NCBI GenBank assembly: GCA_048538235.1
Contig: JBLYPX010000001.1
Coordinates: forward strand, 392,013 to 456,012
Direction: 5' to 3'
DNA length: 64,000 bases
Source: Candidatus Komeilibacteria bacterium
GTDB lineage: Bacteria; Patescibacteriota; Patescibacteriia; UBA1558
Part shown: positions 58,414-64,000 of the stretch, one piece after another
Numbering within the stretch: the stretch's first letter is position 1
Layout: every line of letters starts with the position of its first letter
The notes under the pieces: generated by a model
Databases searched by the model: none
What the model saw: only the letters and a program-made list of their open reading frames with translations
Told to the model about the DNA's origin: nothing
Program-made: the position numbers and the translations under genes

Positions 58414-60132
58414 TTATTTAATAATTTTCATATCTTGCACTGTCATTTGTAATTCTCTATTACCATTCCATTCATTAACTCCAATTTTACAAACAATATC
58501 TACTTTAGAATCCAGTTTTAAATCTTTAGCCCAGTCACCCAATCCAAAAGCAATAGCTTTTCTTTTTAAACCATTCTTTTCCAATAACAGTCTTAAATGT
58601 TTGTTATCATTACCAACTGTTTGCCATTCTTTAACAAGCAAATCTTTAATTAAAAAATTTGGTTCTTCATTACCAATACCAAATGGTTCAAATTTTTCAA
58701 CCGATTCAAATAAATCCCAAGTAAAATCTTTTAACTCAATTTCTGCTTCTACTTCAATACCCGGCCTTAGATCAATATCTTTAAGTACTTTCTTAGAATA
58801 TTTTTCTAATTCTTTCTTAAACTTTTCTAAATTTTCTGGTTCTAGAGAAAAACCACAAGCTCCTACGTGTCCACCAAATTTCATTAATAATGGAGCTGAA
58901 TTATGTAAAGCCTCTGTAACGTCAAAACCTGTTACTCCTCTACCTGAACCTGTATATTTACTACCAACCTTGGTAATGGCATAAACTGGTCTGTAATATT
59001 TACGAGCTAGTCTTCCAGCAACAAGTCCTACAATACCAGCTGGCCAATCTTCTGAAAAAACAACTAAAGCATGTTTAGGAATCTCTTTTTCACCATACTC
59101 TTCATTAATTTGTTTTAATGCATCTGTAACAGAACTTTCTGTAGCCTTCTGTCTTGCTTCATTACTCTGGTTTAGTAGATGAGACATTGTAATAGCTTTT
59201 TCTACATTATCTGTAGTGAGTAGATCAAAAGCTAAATTAGCATGTTCAAGTCTACCGGCTGCATTAATCCTGGGGTTGATCTGCCAACCAATAACTTGTG
59301 TAGTAATATTATTAGGATCAACGCCAGCACCTTCATACATTTTTTGTAATCCTAATCTTTTTGTCTTTTGCAAAACTACCAAACCATATTTAACTAGCGT
59401 CCTATTCTCTCCCACTAAAGTCATCATGTCTCCAACTGTACTTAAAGCTACCAAATCTAGTAGCCACTTTTCTTTTATCTCAATATCCTTCTCATCTAAT
59501 TTTAACTCTTTTGATCTAAATAATGCTTGAGCTAATTTAAAAGCTGTGCCACCACCAGATAACATTTTAAAAGGGTATGTTTCTTTAGGAAGTCTGCAAT
59601 GAATAATTGCTGTAGCTTCTGGTAATTTCTTTGGCATATCATGATGATCTACTATGATAGTATCCATACCCATATTCTTTGCCAATTTCACTTCTTCTGC
59701 ATTACTTATACCACAATCTACAGTTATTATTAGATTAGCTTTATCTGCCTGTATTTTATCTACTGCAGTTTTATTCAAACCATAACCTTCTTTATCTCTA
59801 TGTGGTATATAGCTAAAATGATCTATATCTAACTCTTTTAAAGCAGAAGATAAAATAACTGAACCGGTCACACCATCTACATCATAGTCTCCAAAAATAC
59901 AAACTCTCTCTTTATTCTTTTTAGCCTCCATTATTCTTTCAACTGCCTTTTCCATATCTTTAAATAGATAAGGGTCATGAATATCTTGAGAAAAATCTGG
60001 TTGTAAAAACTCATCTACCTGATCTTGATTTTTAAGACCTCTATTAAAGATCAATTGCAAAACAACCGGATTGATTTCCGGGAATTGTTCTATCTCTTTA
60101 TCTGTTATTTTAGGTAATAAATTCCAATTCAT
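58414..60132 (-). CDS. recJ: single-stranded-DNA-specific exonuclease RecJ
   Basis: DHH motifs (IFGDYDVDGVTG, IIVDHHDM), DHHA1 (GGHVGACGFS), C-terminal OB domain. Confidence 0.85.
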   Translation of the reverse strand: MNWNLLPKITDKEIEQFPEINPVVLQLIFNRGLKNQDQVDEFLQPDFSQDIHDPYLFKDMEKAVERIMEAKKNKERVCIFGDYDVDGVTGSVILSSALKELDIDHFSYIPHRDKEGYGLNKTAVDKIQADKANLIITVDCGISNAEEVKLAKNMGMDTIIVDHHDMPKKLPEATAIIHCRLPKETYPFKMLSGGGTAFKLAQALFRSKELKLDEKDIEIKEKWLLDLVALSTVGDMMTLVGENRTLVKYGLVVLQKTKRLGLQKMYEGAGVDPNNITTQVIGWQINPRINAAGRLEHANLAFDLLTTDNVEKAITMSHLLNQSNEARQKATESSVTDALKQINEEYGEKEIPKHALVVFSEDWPAGIVGLVAGRLARKYYRPVYAITKVGSKYTGSGRGVTGFDVTEALHNSAPLLMKFGGHVGACGFSLEPENLEKFKKELEKYSKKVLKDIDLRPGIEVEAEIELKDFTWDLFESVEKFEPFGIGNEEPNFLIKDLLVKEWQTVGNDNKHLRLLLEKNGLKRKAIAFGLGDWAKDLKLDSKVDIVCKIGVNEWNGNRELQMTVQDMKIIK

Positions 60133-60224
60133 AGCAGTTTTAATTATATCTTAGATACTTCTTATAAACAAGGTAAATAAAAAGCGCCGTTATGTAAACC
60201 GACGCTCAGTCTTGATTATTGCAA

Positions 60225-60686
60225 TTATGCAAAAATACCAACACGTTGCCACCAATGGGGCTTAAAAATGACAGCAGCAGCTTTGGGGCTATTATCCTCA
60301 CAAATATCTGCTCTTAGTGGGTTGTCTTGTATATTTTGATTCGAAATAAATCCAAACTTACAATCACCCTCACCCAAATACACTCTAATGATTAAAGTGC
60401 CTGATTCATCGGAATTCGCAAACCCAAATGGATCAAATCTGGTCATATCTTTGTGAGAAGCATCCCACTTAAAACCAACAAGAACTGAAAACGGTTTAGC
60501 TGCTGATATTATAACATTTTGCATACCCACACCGCGTTCACTACTATACGTGTAATCCCACAGATACAGCTGATTAGTACTATGAGCATAATCTGAGATG
60601 AAGCTAAACTTATTCAACATTTCTTTTACAAGGAAAACAGATATGCTCACGACAACGAGTAGTATCAATATATAAAGAACAAACAT
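60225..60686 (-). CDS. membrane-anchored hypothetical protein (153 aa), GC-elevated with perfect SD
   Basis: N-terminal TM (LYILILLVVVSISVFLV). SD AAGGAGGTG 5 nt upstream. No family recognised. Confidence 0.5.
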   Translation of the reverse strand: MFVLYILILLVVVSISVFLVKEMLNKFSFISDYAHSTNQLYLWDYTYSSERGVGMQNVIISAAKPFSVLVGFKWDASHKDMTRFDPFGFANSDESGTLIIRVYLGEGDCKFGFISNQNIQDNPLRADICEDNSPKAAAVIFKPHWWQRVGIFA

Positions 60687-60821
60687 TGCACACCTCCTTT
60701 TCTATAATATTCATGCAATACATCTTTATAACATAGATTTATACAAATGTCAATATATATAATAAAAATAAGGCTGATCTGTAAAAGATTAACCTATTTA
60801 TTAATAATTTATATCCTACCT

Positions 60822-61247
60822 TTAACCTCTAGATAATATTATAACTCCCAACAGAGTAACTAATATACCAATAGCTTTTACCCAACTTAAAGGTTCTTTG
60901 ATAATAATCATTCCAAGAAGAACTGCTACAATAATAGTCCCGCCTACAACTAGCGGATTACCAATACTCAAAGGCGCTCCCTTAGTAAACATGAACAAAT
61001 AGAACATTTCAGCAATACCGGTAAAAACACCTGCTAAAATTGGTATAGATATAGAATTTTTAGATAGAACAAGTTCTTGTCCACTTAATTTAAACAACAA
61101 AGCAATTACCAAGGCAACCAAAAAAGATGAACCAGTAATAAACACCAGGGCTATAATAGGATTTAGCTTATCAGCACTAATCTTTGTAAAAAAATTATAA
61201 AATCCAAAACTTACAGCAGCTAAAATTCCAAATAATACCCAAGCCAT
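60822..61247 (-). CDS. EamA/DMT-superfamily small membrane transporter (4 TM)
   Basis: 141 aa, four hydrophobic helices with EamA-like pattern. Confidence 0.6.
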   Translation of the reverse strand: MAWVLFGILAAVSFGFYNFFTKISADKLNPIIALVFITGSSFLVALVIALLFKLSGQELVLSKNSISIPILAGVFTGIAEMFYLFMFTKGAPLSIGNPLVVGGTIIVAVLLGMIIIKEPLSWVKAIGILVTLLGVIILSRG

Positions 61248-61541
61248 TTATACTTTTCCTTTCTTATTATTTTCTTTCTTCTCCCTGTGTTTCTTTATTT
61301 TAATACTAATAGCAGCATCAGGACAAATACGTTCACACATACCACATTTAATACAAATATCTAAATCTGCATCAATAGCTGGACTACCAAATCTACCTAA
61401 GTTTTTATCATGAAACTTAATACAATTAACCGGACAGAATTCAATGCAAAGACCACAGCCCTTACATAAATCTAAATGGTTATCATAAACTACATCATCG
61501 TTTTCTTTCCTGTATGTTTTAAAATCTTTTTTTACTTTCAT
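61248..61541 (-). CDS. porD: 2-oxoacid:ferredoxin oxidoreductase delta subunit (2x[4Fe-4S] ferredoxin)
   Basis: Two CxxCxxCxxxCP clusters (CKGCGLCIEFCP, CIKCGMCERICP). Confidence 0.75.
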   Translation of the reverse strand: MKVKKDFKTYRKENDDVVYDNHLDLCKGCGLCIEFCPVNCIKFHDKNLGRFGSPAIDADLDICIKCGMCERICPDAAISIKIKKHREKKENNKKGKV

Positions 61542-62125
61542 ACTAAATTATATCCATATTTAATAGCTTCTTCATTAAGCTTCTTTAGTTCTGGTTTGGC
61601 TACATATTTCTTAGCAAACTTATTATGTGCTTCTTTAATAATAGTCTGCAATGGAATAGAATCCATTGTTTTAACAACCAACCCTAAAACAATCATATTA
61701 AAAAGTCTAGTACTGCCCATTTCACGAGCCATTTCATTAAAATGAAAACCTTTATTTTTTTTTGGTAACTTTCTTTCTACAAAATCCATGTTATAGAAAA
61801 CTGAAGTTTTGGGACCAATATGTTGTTCTACTCTATCTATTGACCTATCTGAAAGCAAAACCATAATATCTGCTATAGAAAACTTAGGGTAAGATATCAC
61901 ATCTGAAGAGGTACGTACAAAAGCAATAGAAACTCCACCTCTTTGCTCTACACCATAATTTGGTACATAAGCAACTGGTACTTTTTGATTGTAAGCTGCA
62001 TTAACAATAATCTTGGCTACAGTTTGGGCACCTTGACCACCTTCACCAGCTATACATATATTTAATTTTTTATTTAGATGAAGCATTTTCCTTAGGTTTA
62101 AGTTTAGCAGCTTTAAATTCACCAA
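61538..62125 (-). CDS. porC: pyruvate/2-oxoacid:ferredoxin oxidoreductase gamma subunit
   Basis: IAGEGGQGAQT motif. The ORF-track start overlaps porB by 56 nt. The true start is probably the internal Met at about 62086. Confidence 0.75.
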   Translation of the reverse strand: MVNLKLLNLNLRKMLHLNKKLNICIAGEGGQGAQTVAKIIVNAAYNQKVPVAYVPNYGVEQRGGVSIAFVRTSSDVISYPKFSIADIMVLLSDRSIDRVEQHIGPKTSVFYNMDFVERKLPKKNKGFHFNEMAREMGSTRLFNMIVLGLVVKTMDSIPLQTIIKEAHNKFAKKYVAKPELKKLNEEAIKYGYNLV

Positions 62126-62819
62126 CCGGATACTGCTTTTTTAATTTATTTAAAAACTCTCTTGTTTCTTTAGCATCTGTATGCCAATTAGTAGGACAAA
62201 AAGATAGTACTTCAACAAGTGAAAATCCATTATTATTTATTTGCCAATCTAAAGCCTTACGAATATAGTTTTTTAATTGGACCGGATTATCTACTGTAGC
62301 TCTAGCAATATATACCTCTTCATCTAGCATTTCTGAAAGCATTCTAGGACCTTGTATTAAATGACTATCTGCACCAGTAACAGTTGTTGTGGTTGTTTGT
62401 CCTGGTAAAGATGTTGGTGCTTCTTGTCCACCCGTCATGCCATAGACAGCATTATTAATAACTATAACGGTGATAGGTTCATTGCGCATACGAGCATTAA
62501 CAAGATGTTGAGCACCAATAGCATAACCACCGCCATCTCCAACAATAGCGATTGCAACAGAATCTGGTCTAGCTTTTTTCATACCAGTCACAACAGGTAT
62601 GGTTCTACCATGGTGAGTTTGCATTGTATCTACATTTAGGAAATCCCAGGATAGTAAAGCACAACCAATGTCTAAACCAACAAAGGTCTTATTCTGTATC
62701 TTAAGTTCGTCTATATTATATCCTAATGCTTTGTACATTAAAGGATAACCACATCCTGCACAGAAGTTATGTGGTTTAGAGGAAACTTTCCAACATTTTG
62801 GGATTGCTAAATCTGTCAT
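62070..62819 (-). CDS. porB: pyruvate/2-oxoacid:ferredoxin oxidoreductase beta subunit (TPP-binding)
   Basis: CAGCGYP Cys motif, TPP-binding GDGGGYAIGAQH...NNAVYGMTGGQ. Confidence 0.8.
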   Translation of the reverse strand: MTDLAIPKCWKVSSKPHNFCAGCGYPLMYKALGYNIDELKIQNKTFVGLDIGCALLSWDFLNVDTMQTHHGRTIPVVTGMKKARPDSVAIAIVGDGGGYAIGAQHLVNARMRNEPITVIVINNAVYGMTGGQEAPTSLPGQTTTTTVTGADSHLIQGPRMLSEMLDEEVYIARATVDNPVQLKNYIRKALDWQINNNGFSLVEVLSFCPTNWHTDAKETREFLNKLKKQYPVGEFKAAKLKPKENASSK

Positions 62820-62828
62820 TATTTTAAA

Positions 62829-63311
62829 TTAAGAACAATCAACACCAGAGGGCGTAACAGTACAATCAGCTGCAGCTGTTGTGCCTAAAGCAGAATTTGC
62901 CTGCTCTAAATAAATATATATTGTATACGTTTGCGAATCTGATGTTGGTAAAGTACTAAAACTCATCTGACATACATCTGCTGCTGCATCTACACATCCA
63001 GTTAAAGTAGAAGCGTTTGGATCTTGAAGATCTGCTACTCTTGGTATATATGTTTCAAGACCTGATGCTGTGCAAGTATGAATAGCTATAGGTGCAGTAG
63101 TGTCTGTACACGCAGACAAATCATAATCTCCTTGATCATCATAAATAAATTCCATTGCCGTTTGAACAGCTTTAACTTGCGACAACCTCTTTGAATCTCT
63201 AGCTTTTTCTCTGCCAGAGTTTAAAGATACAACAGCCATTGTACTAATTAAACCAATAATGGCTATAACTACTAACAACTCCAATAATGTAAAACCTTTA
63301 TTATTTTTCAT
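62829..63311 (-). CDS. type IV pilin / pseudopilin with prepilin N-terminal methylation motif
   Basis: KGFTLLELLVVIAIIGLIST class III signal peptide. C-terminal Cys pairs. 160 aa. Confidence 0.75.
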   Translation of the reverse strand: MKNNKGFTLLELLVVIAIIGLISTMAVVSLNSGREKARDSKRLSQVKAVQTAMEFIYDDQGDYDLSACTDTTAPIAIHTCTASGLETYIPRVADLQDPNASTLTGCVDAAADVCQMSFSTLPTSDSQTYTIYIYLEQANSALGTTAAADCTVTPSGVDCS

Positions 63312-63312
63312 A

Positions 63313-64000
63313 TTATTTAATTAATTTTATTATTTCTTCTGGTGTTATACCAAGGCCTGGACGGCCATAATGTTTAATAGGAATATTTAATCCGTATAAA
63401 GCTTCTTTAACTAATTTTAATAATTGATTATGAGCAGACTCTACTACAATAATCTTTTTAATCCCTTTTAATGCTTTCTTTAATTCTTTATCTGGAAAAG
63501 GATTTAATGTAATTGGTCTAAACATGCCAAACTTTTTCTTTTTACCGTCTGTATTGATAGCTTCTTTAACTGCTCCTGCTACTAAACCATGAGCTATTAC
63601 TATAGTATCTAGACTTCCTTTTTTGTATAGCTCATACTCTGTTACTTTTGTCTTCATTTTTAAAAAGTCAGACATTAATACTTTATTAACTTCAAAAGTT
63701 TGTTCTTCAGTTACAAAAGTATTAGATAAATTAACATAGTCAGATTCTTTGTTTGGATTTCTTTTATCTGACTTTAACATTAATGGATAGGACTTAACTA
63801 AATTCTTTGGCTTATATATATTTACTTCTTGTCTGGTTTTAACAACATAGCCGTCTGTTAGAACAAGAGTTGGAAATCTATATGTCCAAGCTGTATTAAA
63901 AGCTTTAATAGTATAATCATATAGCTCTTGAATATTCATTGGTGAATATACCACTCTGTATCCTTCAGAATTACCACCCCAGCCTGTTAGAATTACTTCT
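63313..64000 (-). CDS. porA: pyruvate/2-oxoacid:ferredoxin oxidoreductase alpha subunit, C-terminal part (5' end beyond window)
   Basis: Frame stays open upstream of the Met at 63954 to the window edge (EVILTGWGGNSEGYRVVYSPM...). Domain III-like C-terminus. Confidence 0.75.
   Translation of the reverse strand, partial: EVILTGWGGNSEGYRVVYSPMNIQELYDYTIKAFNTAWTYRFPTLVLTDGYVVKTRQEVNIYKPKNLVKSYPLMLKSDKRNPNKESDYVNLSNTFVTEEQTFEVNKVLMSDFLKMKTKVTEYELYKKGSLDTIVIAHGLVAGAVKEAINTDGKKKKFGMFRPITLNPFPDKELKKALKGIKKIIVVESAHNQLLKLVKEALYGLNIPIKHYGRPGLGITPEEIIKLIK

Noticed and set aside
8120-62639. Numerous 60-150 aa ORFs antisense to confidently assigned genes
   Set aside because: Examples are 10048-10308, 13135-13335, 20250-20573, 21573-21887, 22221-22451, 23290-23559, 23649-24161, 29227-30375, 41953-42336, 46957-47397, 52100-52507, 55316-55717 and 58601-58984. 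They fall entirely inside longer ORFs with clear family signatures on the other strand, lack SD sequences, and translate to low-complexity Ser/Leu/Ile-rich strings typical of shadow frames in AT-rich DNA.
1-64000. CRISPR arrays, tRNA/rRNA genes, integrases/transposases
   Set aside because: No regularly spaced direct repeats with unique spacers were seen. No GC-rich 70-90 nt segments with T-loop GTTCRANYC and acceptor-stem symmetry were found in intergenic regions. No recombinase motifs were found in any ORF. The only structured RNA found is rnpB.

Overview
AT-rich (~30% GC) bacterial window. Nearly all genes are on the minus strand, tightly packed, and often overlap by 1-4 nt. TGA is used as a stop (e.g. 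ATGA overlap at 1043-1046), so this is the standard code 11. By inference the gene content resembles a small-genome Patescibacteria/CPR-like organism; no taxonomic assignment can be verified from the sequence alone.

Main blocks, start to end:
- 1-13.9 kb: a glycosylation locus with two GT-C fold transferases, GT4 and GT2 transferases, a polyprenyl-phosphate sugar synthase, GtrA, a UXS/ArnA-like decarboxylase, and an S8 subtilisin.
- 14-18 kb: an accessory stretch with a PemK/MazF-like toxin, a tandem-repeat coiled-coil protein, a frameshifted RhuM-Doc gene and a DinD/Bro-N-like gene.
- 15-24.8 kb: four secreted proteins sharing a recurrent ~45-110 aa module, including a 1338-aa surface protein. 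They lie directly downstream of an ECF sigma / anti-sigma pair (25.0-26.6 kb).
- 26.6-28.9 kb: a small islet with an HTH gene, a ~48% GC insert carrying a 78-aa ORF, and a HigB/HigA pair.
- 29-32.7 kb: the archaeal-type AMP salvage operon (AMP phosphorylase, form II/III RuBisCO, ribose-1,5-bisphosphate isomerase).
- 32.7-35.9 kb: a TraD/VirD4-like ATPase with a Zn-ribbon, plus a partner membrane protein.
- 37.2-39.8 kb: secF, and a secD carrying an inserted parvulin (PpiC) domain.
- 40.5-46.8 kb: a second glycosyltransferase cluster (five GT4 plus a WbaP-like priming transferase) that hosts an unannotated RNase P RNA (rnpB, minus strand, ~45306-45706).
- 46.8-60 kb: the cell-shape cluster (mreB2-greA-mrdA-mreD-mreC-mreB) followed by proS, rseP, frr, holB, rnhA and recJ.
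- 61.2-64 kb: a pyruvate/2-oxoacid:ferredoxin oxidoreductase operon with a type IV pilin gene inserted between porA and porB.

No CRISPR array, tRNA, rRNA, integrase or transposase was detected.
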